63,907 nucleotides of DNA, filler included, from Bigelowiella natans CCMP2755 (GCA_000320545.1; 4 parts of 4 records of this genome joined end to end with filler, not necessarily neighbours in it), one strand, 5' to 3'; shown: positions 22,615-35,529, counted from the first letter of the whole stretch. The notes: generated by a model from the sequence alone, not told the origin. Numbers and translations are program-made.

Positions 22615-23730
22615 TTACGACTCGCCGGGTCTCTGATTTGAGAAAAGGTTCCTCCGGCCGTATGAGTCTAGGTTAAATCTGGGGAGAATGATGAAATCCC
22701 CCAGAGCAAAGCTCGCAGCCATCCGGTTCGCTATGTTCTTGGAAGACAGGGACTTTGGGGGCTGAACAGGGGAGAAGCGTTTCTTCTTCGTGCTGGCGCG
22801 GGGGATGAGAGGGAGGGAGGGTTGCGACTTCGACTCCTTCAGCAGGGAAGGTTCGTTGCCGATCTCAGTCAGAAAGCTGGTGCTAGTTTTGATATCTCTG
22901 CTGCTGCTCCTCTCATTGGCCCCGCTGCTGCTATGCTTAAGCGATTCTAAATGGTCGATGTGCGTTCGGGTGAATACTTCTGCGTCGCACTTGTCCACCC
23001 GGTCCACACACATCTGCCCGAATGACTTCTTCCCAGACCTGGAGAGGGGGGAGGGGGGAGGGGGGGAGGACAGGACAGGACAGGACATCAGAGATGAGGG
23101 GGAGGAGAAGGGGAAGAAGAGGAAGAGGAAAGAAAGAAGAAGAATCGTTCAAGCATTCAACTCTATACAAGAGTCGTTCTTGTTGTCATACTCACAGACA
23201 AGCAAAAATCGCGCAGCAAGGCATTCGAAGAATGAACATGTTGGAGCAGCACTGCACCTCTTTTTCTTATAAGCTTTGTAGAGGTTAGGATATCTCTCCC
23301 TTCGAGCAATCCGCTCATCTTCCTTCCTCTTCAATACCATGTACTTTGCATTGAGCTAGCGTTAATTAAAGGGGTACGGTTTAGGGGGGGGCAAGAGCAA
23401 TATCACGTGGGCGACTAACTAATTTCAAACTTCTTATAAATTGTAACTGCATCGCTATGATAAGATACATTACTTCTTGGAAGGCCGCCTGTGTCTTCTC
23501 ATGCGACGCAGACTCCTTCTCAAGTCTTGCCTGCAAATGTAGTGCAGCACAGCGTACTCGTTGAGCGATGTCGATCTCCTTTCAGTGGCGCGAGGGAAGA
23601 GGATACACGTTACCTGCATCTTTGCCTGGATCTGTTTGACCTCGTCGGCCTTGATTTCGTTGAATTTGGCTATTGTATCTGATTTATCCTTCAAATCCTC
23701 CAGGATTTTACTCTGCACAAAATGTCCCGC

Positions 23731-23769
<39 letters not shown>

Positions 23770-24956
23770 ATAAATTTTAAAAAATATATTTTATGATCCG
23801 ACAATCACTAAAGGGAGTCTACTAGTGTTATGGACTTTCAACAATTACGGCTGTTAAGTTGCTGCTTTTGCCACAACCTCACTACCTTCTCGATAAGAAA
23901 CGCTTTTGCTTGCAGCATCTTGTTCTCAAAGCTTATGATACTTGCCCTGAGGCCGCTCTCCCTTGCGTTAGCCATCCTCTCCTGCTTCGCCATCGCAATG
24001 GAATGTCTCTCCTCGGCGTTGTCCACTAGTGCATTGAGCTCTGCATTTTTTGCTTTAAGGGCCTCCACGGTGTCCCTTTTTTGGCAAAGTTGCCGATTCA
24101 ATACGCGCACAATCTGAGCAGAAAAAGGGGGGGGGGAAGGGAAATAGGCAAACGGTAAGTATAATAGTGAAATAACTCTAATGAAAGTTGTCGTTGTCCT
24201 ATCGTGGTCAAGATCGAGTCGTCGTTTCATGTGTTTATATGGTCACGCAGCATGCAGAGAACAGCGGGAAGAGCTGAGATTGAATTACGTCATCTGTAGT
24301 CTTCTTCTGCTTTTCAACGCTCTGCTTCAATTTTCGACATTTCTTTCGCAATTTTACCACTTCGTCTTCAAGTCTAATAATTTGGGAGAATTTATGTGTG
24401 AGAGTAATTAACGAAGCCCGCGCACTACAATCAGTTTGCTATACTCATCCTCTCTGCTCTTCAAAGTTGGATGACCTCCCTGCCCAACTTTAATCTGCAT
24501 GCCTTATTTTGTGCTTTTTCTAAAAAATCATTCCCGGTGTTGGTAAGGACTCACAAGGGAAGCCGCCCCTTCGCAAATCTCTCGGTGTAAATCAAAACCA
24601 AAGAGCGAACATCTTTGGCGCTTAGAGTCGTTCCAGATGTTCTAAGCTCCTTAACCAGAGCTGATAGCCCGTTATCTAATTAGTTAGTAACGAGGGATAA
24701 ATTCGAAGAGGTCATAGCATGAGTGAGGGGATGTCTCGAGGTAGTGATGGAGTCCTGCAGGAACAGTACTACAAAGAGGTCGTTCGAGAGTGAGGGGCAG
24801 GAGCGACTAAGACGTCCAAAAAGCACCCTCTTCATTTTGGCATTAACGTCAGCATAAGATTCCTATTCGAAGCCAGTAAACCGCGCGCTACTATTGCGCC
24901 TCCCCCCCGGTCACCCTTTGCAAACCTGCACTAGCCACGGAAGACTCGGAAGCCAT
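22615..24956 (-). CDS. Multi-exon coiled-coil protein of unknown function
   Basis: Minus-strand exons with heptad-rich sequence (DTVEALKAKNAELNALVDNAEERH; ILEDLKDKSDTIAKFNEIKADEVK) bounded by GT/AG. Final exon ends at 22615. Start MASESS at ~24956 is tentative. Confidence 0.55.
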
Positions 24957-25679
24957 CCGATTCCTCGCCGGGTCGGTCGAATTGTAGAACAAATTTTGGG
25001 AGTAATTATTAGGTGAAAAGTAGCTTATCTCCGTGCTCAATCCCAACTGAACGAGTTCCGTCATTCGCCCTGTCACGGAAGTATTTGTAAACCGATCCTC
25101 GTCAGACTCCGCACGATATTTCGCCCCAAAAATGTTATCGAGGTCGTAGCCCGAAAGAACTAACTTTACCTCGGCGGTTACGTGCAAAAAAAACCCAAAT
25201 AAGAGAGATTCCCTGATTCCCCAAAAATTCAGGAAAAAGTGGATTACATATGTCGTTCAATAAAAACCTCCTAGAAAGAAAAAGAATCGCGGAAAACGGG
25301 GGGAAATTAGGGAAAATTGCCTTCCGCCGCGGGAACCTCTTCAAATATGGGAAGAAACTGACACGGAAACGGCAGGCACGTCGTTTTCAAGTGGATTTCC
25401 TGTAGGAAATCCATTGAAAATCGAGTGGATTTCCAACATAATCCAATGGATACCTTCGTTTCACCTCTTATTCGGATCTACATAATGTGCACATGTTGCT
25501 TCATGGATGTCTAACGCCCATGTTGCTCCATGATGTCCGGTGTCCGTACGAGTGGGTGAAATTCTCTTAATTTATCTGTGACAACCGCCTTTTTTACCCC
25601 CCTCCTCGCTCGCTGCAAACAAGACAGGCATAGGCCGGGACTGCACAAGCTTCGGCGCTGCGAATTCCACACCCATCTC

Positions 25680-26701
25680 ATGATGGCTGGCGGTAGCAGG
25701 AGCGAATACAGAGATCCCAGGATGAGCACACAGCCGGTACTGCATTGGGAGACGGGGTGTGAATATCACGTCGGGTTTGTTTTCTCCCTGGCATTTCTAG
25801 CGGGGTTGGGGTCATTCCTCCGAGGATACGAAGTAGGCTTGATGGGGGGACTCCTGAAGGCGGTTGGGAGAGAGTTTGACCTCGACACGTTCCAAATCCA
25901 GTTCATAGTCTCGGTGCAGCTTCTCGCAGCCATAGTCGGCGCGTTGACAGGCGGAGAATTCGCCGATTTCGTCGGCCGAAAGTGGAGCATCCTCGTGTGA
26001 GTAGAGCGTTAATACCAACGATTGCTGTCAGCGATGGCTAGTGTGTTAGAGTGTGTAGTCGTGGTTTCTAATCCAATTTAAAAAAAAAAAAGACAATATC
26101 GCTAATAGCGTGGAATGTGTGCTCTCCGTTTTGATGCCTTCTTCACTGTAGCTACCTTCTCCTGTTTACCATGGGGAGTGTACTGATGATGATCTCGGAG
26201 GGTTTCTGGATGCTGGTCTTGGCCCGCTGTACGACGGGGCTTGGGGCGGGCATGTCTATCAACGTCTCCGGCCTATACTTGGCAGAGATTGCGCCTCGAA
26301 GAATTCGAGGGACCATCACCACGATGAACGCAGTAAGCTTCCTCTTCTAAAGACTATATGCCGGTGGTGCTATCTGGGAACCTACCCGCCATGGTTAACG
26401 TCTCTTGTATGGTGTGCTGCGGCCATTTAGGTGTGCGTGCATACGGGTCCGTTCATAGGATATCTAGTCAGCTACGCCCTCCACCGACGGGATGTCGATA
26501 CGAACGACAACTGGAGATTCGGTTACCTGTCTGAAGCTGTTCTCGCGTCTTCGCTGTGGCTGCTCTCCTACATCTTTCTCCCTAGATCTCCGTAAGTGCA
26601 CAGATAGCGTGCGGCGTGCGGCGTGAGTTGTGCGTTGTGTGTTTCAACGTGCGTGCGCCTTTTTGAACGAAACATGACCTGATTTTCATCTTGCTGTATT
26701 T

Positions 26702-26770
<69 letters not shown>

Positions 26771-28738
26771 AAGAAATGCACGGATGCGTATGTGTATGCG
26801 TACGTGTGGTTTTGATGTGAGCGCGCGGATTGCTATCTATTCGAAGATATTGGCTGCTGACGAGAGGCCTGAATGCGGAGGCCGAAAAGATCGTGAACCA
26901 GCGCGTGAAGGAGTCCGATTTTCTGAAGAGGATCGGTATCATCAACCGTATAATGGCGACGATGAAGGCAGATATGAACCAAGAACCTGCTACATGGAAG
27001 GTGCCGTTGGGCCCCTGGGCTTCGTGCGCATGAGTATCTGTGTCTAGTATTCAAATCGGAAAATACATGAACGTAACGACCTCCTCATTCCGTTTTCAAT
27101 CGTGATTACAGTCATCAAGAGTGTCATCAATTGCTGTGGTCTCTGCTGCGTGCTGTGCTGTTCTGTCGTGATCAGGAAACCATATGCGACAGTGCCAACA
27201 TATATCCTCTTCTCCTTGGATGTGGTCTTGCCTCTGTGTCTCAGTAAGCACAATACTGATAAAATAGAGATTCCCATCCCTTCCCCAGGGCCACGAACCT
27301 TCGTGACTAATGACCCTCACAGTGAATCATCGTCATTGCAGTCGTCATCATCGTTACTATGCTAACATCATGCTGACATAGGCTCGTCGGGGTTGAGGCG
27401 ATGCTGATCTACTCTTCCTTCACACTTTCGAAGATGGGCGTCGGAGAGACCGATAGCGTAAGGCGATATTACTAACTGTTCTCCCCCCTCCCCAACCACC
27501 ACCGCCGCCACACCCGCCAGCGCCGCTGCAACCATCGAATGAGAAATTCCGTTGTTATGCCGGGCTGCTGCTGGTGCGAAAGGGTGAGAGAGATGATCGA
27601 GCCTAGGAGCGCGGTCGCCATTGTTCTTGTTAACATGTTTATCTCCTCAGGTTCTTGTCGGCACCATGCTTGCCTTCTCCATTCTTTTGGCAGCTGTCAT
27701 CACAACCTTCATAGTGGACATTCCCAGTATAGGACGACGCACCCCCCTCCTCATCGGTGCGGCTGGCGTGGCTCTGGCCTCCATCATCCTTGGCGTTTGC
27801 GCAGGGGGGGGGTAAGAGATAGATAGAGAGGAGAGAGAGGAATTGACATACGATGCTGCATGTGTTGCGACAGTTCTTGCAGATTGCAGACACGCACACA
27901 CGCTCCCAACGATGTCCCAGCAACGCATATCTACGCGTCTGTGTGCGGCGGCGCGTCTAGACGCTGTCATCATTATCACCATTATCAGCGATTTCTATCC
28001 ACGGAGTTTTGAGTGAATTCTCCTTCCTTTACACTGCTAGGATCTCTTCGGGATATAGCGCGACAGCATTCGTTGTGTGGGGCCTGTGCTACGGCTTCGG
28101 ATACGCAAGCGTTGTGTACGCCGTCACGCCTGAGATCTTCGCTGGAGGGTGAGGAACCTTGTTTGTAGGTGACGATAGGTGATGATAGGCAGATTTTGAA
28201 AAACACGAGAGTGCATTGAGTGAGTGCGCGTTGTTGATGACATATGTCCCCCGTAACATCAGCTACCGTTCCAAGTCCGTCGCCATAGCTGGAGCAGTGA
28301 CTCGCCTCTCCGCCTTCTGCGTCTCGATGTCGTACCTTTATGTCGCACAGAGTAGTATTGGGCTAGCAGGGACCTTCTACACCTTCGGTGCCGTTGCGAC
28401 CTTGGGGTTCGCCTTCTGCATGGTGTCTGTTCCAGACCTCACGCACACCAACATCGGTCTGCAAAAAGGGAGCGAAATAGAGGGGGGGGGGGGGGGGGGG
28501 GGAGATCACAGTCAAAAAACTATTGGCACACCAATATCAGCAACTTAAATTCTTATCGTGCATGTACGCAGGGGACTACGCGAAGAACCCCAACGCTTAC
28601 TCGCCGGCGCAGAGATTCAGCCGATCCAGAAGGGCAGGTGGAAAGGAGAACGAGGACGGCGATTTCAAGCTTTATGAATTTGAAGGGAACGACGAGGACG
28701 AGGACGAGACGCACGGACTTCTTCTATCCAGAGGATGA
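25680..28738 (+). CDS. MFS sugar porter (GLUT/polyol/inositol transporter family)
   Basis: GSFLRGYEVG, FADFVGRK, YLAEIAPRRIRG, LPRSP.WL (PESPR-like), VDIPSIGRR, PEIF..SYRSK and VPDL motifs over about 10 exons. Confidence 0.88.
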
Positions 28739-29234
28739 ATCATCTACTATCCCTATTAGCATCCCCCCGCACGTGCACATTAATCGTTGTATAGCTATAT
28801 CGTAACACAATCAGCGCTGGGGGACAGCAGACAGCGTAGGCGCTGTATACACACACCCACACACACACACACACACACACATACACACACAAATACACAT
28901 CCCAGCTATCGCCGCCGCTAATATGCCGCAGCTAGACTATTAGGATGGGAATTGATCAACATGCATATAATTAATGTAGAATAAATTATAACAAAGCTTA
29001 TTCATGATGATTATCACGTCGCCACGGGCCGTATCAAGCATGAACGGCATGGTCTGGCCGCTTGAAATGAAAGCACATTGAGGCGTAGCTATAGCACGGC
29101 AACTAGACATCTCTAGCTGCCCATTCATCTAGGATCGAAGGCCATGCTCTGGCGATGCGATCCTACTACTGTGCTGCAGACGCAGTGACACAGACGACAA
29201 CATCATGCCCTTAGGGCTTAGATGCGTGTGTGCT

Positions 29235-29274
<40 letters not shown>

Positions 29275-29614
29275 TGTGAGCGTTATGTCTTTGTGGGCCC
29301 CGAAATCCACTCACAACAAATGTAATACACACCCCTTGCTAAACATTCCGTCCGCACAAGCACATGACGACAGCATCTCACATCATTTCAAGAGGCGCAT
29401 GGGGAAGCCGCTATAGAACATGTCTCACACAGCCTCGAAGCTCGGCGCAGGCGGAGTGCTATCAGCACTATCCTCTCCTCATCACTCTGGCTAAACAAAG
29501 CGTTGCTAATCATTTTTTAAAGTTTATCTCGCATGTGCGCTGGCAGGCACTCGCATGGAATTCCCCCTTCCAATTCATTGCTTTCTCCATGCATCAATTC
29601 AAGCCGCCCCTTGA

Positions 29615-31050
29615 TCAGAGCTCGGACGCCTCCTTGTACGGTTGGCTCTCACCATCATCATCACCGCTAGTAGCAGAGATGCCCATCACCACCATCAATC
29701 CATCCCCCATCCTGTTGGGGGCAGCATCGCATTCGGCAGAGCACACATGGAAGCACTGCTGCTTGGTCGAGTAGCCCCCACTGTGGAGAGAGCTGTTGTA
29801 GACGCTGCGCCTATGGGAACGTGCCTTCATTGTTTTTGCCTCAGCTGCAGCCTCCCCAGGGTCCGCAGTGAATGCCCCCCCCCCCCCGTGCCTGACAACG
29901 CCCTGGCCTTTGTTTCGAAGGGGCGAGCAACGCCTCTCACACTCTACCAGGCACATGGCCCGATCCGAGTGGTCGCACCCCGCTCCGAAGAAGCCGTCGT
30001 TGCACACGCAGAACCCTGGTGGGAAAGACGAGGTCAGAATCGTCAGCAACGGATGAGCGAGACCAAAAAAGACGCCCTCGGGGAGATACGGCTCGATGGC
30101 GCACGTGTGCTCGCTAGTATTGCAATGCGCTTGTTGTTGTTTTTCTGGTGGTGGTGGTGGTGGTGGTGGTGTTTTCGGACGGCATACGGAGAGCAAGAGG
30201 CATAAATACTCATCATCAGATGCTTTTCTCTCCATTATTGTTTGCTTTACACCAGTAGTCGCTGAGAAATCTAATGACTCTCCCCTTCGCTAAGACTACG
30301 ACACGGTTGTTCTTCTCACCATCACGGCATCGTCCACGCCCTTCGTTCGCACCGCAGCCCTTTGGACACCACACATGCTCGCAGTAGCCGCCGAAGTAAC
30401 CGGTCTCGCACTCGCACGCCCCGCCAATGCACATCCCGTGGACGCAATTCGTGCTTCCAGTGGCGCAGTCCCCTGGCAAGAAAGAAGAAGAAGAAGGAGG
30501 AGCAAAAGCAGCATAAAGACGTTTTTTTGTTATTTAAACGCAATAGCGAGGAGAAGGAGAACACTCAATGCCAGCGACAGCGAAATGAACAGGAAGACTC
30601 GCGGCGCCGCTCCCCAACCTCACCGTCGCCAGCTAAGGGACAACCAAGAGGCATCACAGAAACGTACCTGCTCTGCTGCAATCGTCGCCTGAGTACCCGG
30701 CAAAACACTCGCATTTGCCATGGACGGTGTCGCACAGGCCGTGGCGAGAGCACTGATTGCGGCACACCTGCAAATCGCACTCTGGTCCATCGAAGCCAGG
30801 ATGGCACTTGCCAAACCCCCGGGGCCACGCAGCTTCCGTGCTCTCCGCAACCTCCGCTGCCACTACATTGCGGCAGGGGAGCAACCCTGTCCCTCCCCAG
30901 CCTGCTCACGCACACGACAAAAGGAAAAGCACGCGCATGGTTAGACATTTTCCACCCCCCCCGCGCTCATTTAGGTGCGTAAAAGAATGCAATGTCGCAG
31001 AGGTAGAAGCACTAGCAGCTGTGGAAGGTAGTTGACGAACAAGTCTTTCT
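29615..31050 (-). CDS. Tenascin/teneurin-type EGF-repeat protein (5' part in the gap)
   Basis: Repeats CRNQCSRHGLC..GKCECFAGYSGDDC, CPGDC..HGMCIGGACECETGYFGGYC, CPKGC and CVCNDGFFGAGC. C-terminal Cys-helical segment. Confidence 0.75.
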
Positions 31051-31051
31051 T

Positions 31052-31151
31052 NNNNNNNNNNNNNNNNNNNNNNNNNNNNNNNNNNNNNNNNNNNNTTAAT
31101 TAATTAANNNNNNNNNNNNNNNNNNNNNNNNNNNNNNNNNNNNNNNNNNNN
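31052..31151. other. Assembly gap with TTAATTAATTAA spacer
   Basis: N-run, ttaattaattaa, N-run. The same 100-nt structure occurs three times in the window. Confidence 0.97.
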
Positions 31152-31697
31152 GGTAAATCTGAGATCGAGAATAAACAAGACCCTTCTGGGGGTGCGTTGC
31201 AAAGGTTACCGAGAGGAAGGGGAGGAAGCAGTACTACATCTATGATGGGAACAGGGTCACCCTTGCGCCACATCAGTCACCTAAAGAATTATGATATCGG
31301 TGAGAAGCTCCTAGAGGATGTTAAAGTAAACCCTACTGTGTGGGAGCGAGCAATGCCTTGTTTAGGACCCCGACCTAAGTTCGATGTGGAATATGGAAAC
31401 AATAAGGTCAGGGTGAACGACGATTGGCGCATGAAGATTGTCTATCTAGGCTACCCTGGATTACGAAATATGGAGAGGGTAGCTATGAAAATAAAGGACG
31501 GAAAATATCAGCTACTCTACCTAGCTGTTCCCGACTTACCCTTTGAGCACTGGTATAAGGTCCTGGGGGACCTTGATGCAGAGGGCTGGTATGGACACGA
31601 ACCTAAGGACGAAGGTGAGTTCTGGGTAAGCGACAAAGGAGATAAGGTTAGAGAGGAATCTATTACCTGGTGGTTGGTGAAGTTCCGAAAGCGATGA
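31152..31697 (+). CDS. Retroelement ORF C-terminus with a degenerate N6-adenine methyltransferase-like (DIRS MT-type) domain
   Basis: LGPRPKFD...NDDW...VYLGYPGLRNMERVAMKI...LYLAVPDLPFEHWYKVL follows the pattern D-x-F..W..NPP..rvl.Ki...lvvP.W...W of retroelement Dam-like domains. The NPP motif is altered. Confidence 0.45.
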   Translation, partial: GKSEIENKQDPSGGALQRLPRGRGGSSTTSMMGTGSPLRHISHLKNYDIGEKLLEDVKVNPTVWERAMPCLGPRPKFDVEYGNNKVRVNDDWRMKIVYLGYPGLRNMERVAMKIKDGKYQLLYLAVPDLPFEHWYKVLGDLDAEGWYGHEPKDEGEFWVSDKGDKVREESITWWLVKFRKR

Positions 31698-31993
31698 AGG
31701 TCTAAGGGAATAAGGAAGGAAGGAAGGAGCAACGTGACTTGGGGGAGGTGTAGCGCGTACCACTACGCGGGCACAAGTCACGTGCGACAACAAAGGGGTT
31801 GTCGCGGATATAGAATATAGATAACGTAGATATTAATACAGCATAGGCACGTGGGTTCCGGCGGGACTCATGGCAGCACACCGGAAGTGTGCTGCCCCAC
31901 GTGCGGCGGCATTCGCGAAAGCTTCGCGAATGATTACGCAGTGCACGATTTAATAAAAATATAATCTTTAATAAAAATAAACACAACTCTTCA
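31152..31993 (+). mobile_element. 3' end of a probable LTR retrotransposon: ORF tail, polypurine tract and 3' LTR (31749-31993)
   Basis: Intronless ORF open from the gap to 31697. Purine-rich run ending GGGGGAGG directly before TGTAG (31749). ~245-bp segment with TATA-like and AATAAA motifs ending CTTCA (TG..CA). RT and integrase are not visible (presumably in the gap). Confidence 0.65.
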
Positions 31994-32631
31994 AAAGGAA
32001 GCAAACGTGCCTTTCCCCCCCCCTGCCTACTTGTGCACGTAGCGCCTCGGCCTGTGAACACCTTACGCGCAACAACCAAACCGCACGTCTGCCGCCCGGG
32101 TGAGGACGAGACACCCGTGCACAATGCCAACATCGTTTCGGAACCAGCCAATGTGCCAGACGTTTGCGAAGAGTCCAAGCCGTTTGCACAAAAAATCTGT
32201 GGATTTGAACTTCGTGACTGATGAATTGAAGTTTTGCTCCACTGTTGGACTCAACTTCCGCTCGTGCTTTCGCCCCAGCAGCACAAAGAAAAGCGCACTA
32301 CCAGCGTTTTTTCCAGACCACGATGTGTTCTCGCTGAAATCGCCTCCGTTTCCCATTGAAACTCGGTCGGAAGTCGGTGGTGGATGGTGGAGACCAGCGT
32401 GTGCGCTTGCGTGGAGCAATAAGCGACTACGCTTTCGCTCGAAAACGAATCCGATTAGCTCGTGCGACAGGCCAAAAACTGGATTCCACGACCGAAAACT
32501 GTGCGTTGCCTCGTAATAGTCAAACGCCTTTGAACCCCCTCCAGCTCGAGATCGAACTCGCCGACCACACCGTCTGCAGGAAGGATGGCAAGCAACGAAA
32601 GATTCGGATCATCTGTAACAACAACTTCTGA

Positions 32632-35525
32632 CATGTTCTGTACTTGGATGGTGTGGAATCGTGAACCGTGGAATAGTTTTTTTGAATTTGAAACAACTTT
32701 CTTCCTTAGAATCCTGCAAATCCAGCTTTAGCCATCAATTGGGCCACCTCTGGAGTATGCATTGCTGTTTTTCTCTCTCTTGCGGTTTACACGCAGTCTG
32801 CATTGCTAAACCTTTTCAAAAGTGGGGTCAAATTACAGGTACCCATATCTTCGCATAAACTACGTGACTTTTATCATTGACCTAAATCGTGCTTTCAGAC
32901 AATGGATCACCCTCATTATGCAACCGCTATGCTTATGTAAACAATTTCTTTATTCCTGATGGGCAAATCACAGAAAATTTATGCATGCTTAACCATTATT
33001 TAGATTTGCCTTTGGATGGTCTCTACCCCCTCTGATAAATGGTGGGGCAGATGTATCGATGCCTTGTGCTCTCTATCAAGTGATAACTCAAATATGTTCC
33101 TCGGGAATGGTAAGTCTCATGGTGTTTCGATCACTTCGGTTTGCACAGCGTCTTGCACAGGTTCAATCGTTAAGCATCCAGCCAGAATACATATTTCGCT
33201 AACCATTGCATCTTTAGGTTCAATGTCGAAAATTGTATTTGAAGGATGATATCCCTAACGAACCAACTGAGAAGTAAATTTGATTTCTTAGCAGATAGCT
33301 TGATGATATTTCTCATCTCATGCACATAAACTAAACTCATATCAGGAAAGATGATTACAACGAACTAGTCCGCAAAGTTGCTGTTTCACTTCGAGGCGAC
33401 ACCCCGCGAACGATAGCGTGAGATTCCATATAAGCAGAAAATAGTTCTACATATGTATGTTTTCACTAAATATAATCACCACAAATACGTAGGCTTATCG
33501 TTTTTTCCGCCTCCGTAGCAATTATGATACTCGATCCAGTTGGAAGAGCACAACTAGCCAGTAACTTAAATTATCACTACTGAGATTCTATTTCCAATTG
33601 TTGAAATCTAAACAGATCAGGGCACTAAGTGTATCGCACGAACTTCTACTTACCCATTGGCTGCATGGATCATGTAAGATAAATTAACTTTGTACTGTCA
33701 ACATGAATTGAAGCTCTTTTTTTTAACAGATACATCGTTCCTTATCTCTTTGTCATCGGAAGGAAATTTACAATCATCGACCCATACCAAATTTTCTACC
33801 GCCTAAAATTCATTACTGGGGCAGCCCTCTTTGCTTATGTTCTGACTCTCATTAACGTTCAAGCCAGAGTGGTATGATATGTATCTTCATGGCATGTTGA
33901 TCCGGTTAATTATTTTATCCTTTAGGAGGAGAATTACGGTACTTCAATGCATACACTAATTGAGAATAAATATTATTTCATTCTCCAGATGGGAATTTGG
34001 TAATCTAGTTTCAGAATTACTGACAATGATTTGTAAAGTAAGATAATTTGTAGGTATCCGGAATCTTTCTTGCCACTTTACTTGACCAGAAGAGTTCTCC
34101 ATACCACATCAACCGAATCTATTGCTGGTTAGTACCAACAGAAAAGTGAAATTAGTGCACTATTCTACATTACATCGGTGTTCCCATCACTAATTCAAAT
34201 TTATATTCAGGCAGTTTAGCTGACACTCTATCCGATCCTGTACTACTAGCCAAATTCGAGGACCATGTGGTAGGGTTTTTTTCCAAACGATATTTCGTTA
34301 CTACGTTTCAACTTTGTTCTATAATCCCTAGATATCTGAGTGGAGTCCCGAGAACTTGATGTTCTACATGGCGGTAGTTCTTTTCCAAATTCGTGTTCAG
34401 AAGGCACTGCATCGAGCCGCCTCTGCTGTGGGGTGCCAACTTAAAATAGAAGCTGACCAGGTACCTGAAAATGAGGAGAAGAAAAACCCAAAATCCAGAA
34501 GTGAGAAACGAACATCGTCTTTCCTTCCCGCTTTGAGTCGAGCACATGGTGGTCTTTCCCGAGCAAGAAGAGAGCTCGATTTCGCGAGACGAAACGCTCT
34601 TAATATTTTTGAGCGATATATCGAGGAAGGCTCCCTGCGGCAGATTAATTTGGAATCCGAGCAGTTCGAGGAGCTCAAAGAGTTTTTTTCCACCCCAGCT
34701 TTCAAGAGAATATATGAGGCGAAGAAATTGAAGAGAGGAGGCTTTTCGGGTCGTTTTGTAGAAGTCTCTCAGCATCCAGCGTCACGTAGCGAGTCCAGGG
34801 TGCGACCAGACGCCGGAAAGAGTCGGCACAGCACGCAAAGTAAAATTGATCCCGATGCTGTTCCAGCTCAAGAACCTGGTCATGATTTTGTTGAAGGGAG
34901 CAAGAATGGCAAGGAAGTTTGTGCTGATGATGAGAAGCCTAACGTAACTTCTAACCCTGTTCTCTCCATCTCTCCGAAGTTGGAAGGTAAAAGAAATTCG
35001 ACACCAGGGTTGCAAAAAAGTGCCCCAAGTGGGTTTGGATTACTTGCTACGGGCGATCAGGGCTCTCTGCTTCGTTCCCAGAACGAATTTGCTACCAAGG
35101 AATCGTCTAGCGCCAGGCGGAGGCACATAGAGAAATTCTGTGAAGCGATTGCGGATGCAGGGGCACACAATGTCGTTTCAGTTGTTGGTGCTGCCAGCAC
35201 TGCTGATGGAGCCCGAACTTCTCGAGCATCCACACAGGGGGACGGGCGGAGATACTCCAACGCATCTAAATCAAAACAACTGATAAATGCAACAAGTTTC
35301 CTCGCCGATCCTGAGGATCCTTCCAGCGCTACTAGATTCCTTGAGATTCCTGATAACAAACTTAATGCTCAACAAGTTTGTGACGCTATTCTACTGTGTG
35401 CAAACTCTTTTAATAATGCAAAGCACGCCATTTTTAAGCTTATGGAACGTGATTCTCATCGGCGGTTCTTAAGGAAGTTACAGAAGGAAGCGACAAAAGC
35501 ACGTGAAGCTGGAGGAGTGGTTTGA
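32632..35525 (+). CDS. 7TM-RGS-type regulator of G-protein signalling
   Basis: Many small hydrophobic exons at 32.6-34.3 kb (e.g. FAFGWSLPPLINGGADVSMPCALYQVITQIC). RGS motifs DPVLLAKFEDH, EWSPENLMFY, IFERYIEEGSLRQINL and FNNAKHAIFKLMERDSHRRFL. Start position and TM count are uncertain. Confidence 0.75.
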
Positions 35526-35529
35526 TTTG

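Noticed and set aside
31096-31107. TTAATTAATTAA motif repeated three times in the window
   Set aside because: Always centred in N-runs. It is an artificial scaffolding spacer.
31845-31905. Hammerhead ribozyme (retrozyme) in the LTR
   Set aside because: A three-way junction is present, but the CUGANGA and GAAA core boxes are not intact on either strand.
32000-32630. Overlapping short ORFs between the LTR and the RGS gene
   Set aside because: No recognisable motifs or splice pattern. Probably promoter or degenerate sequence.
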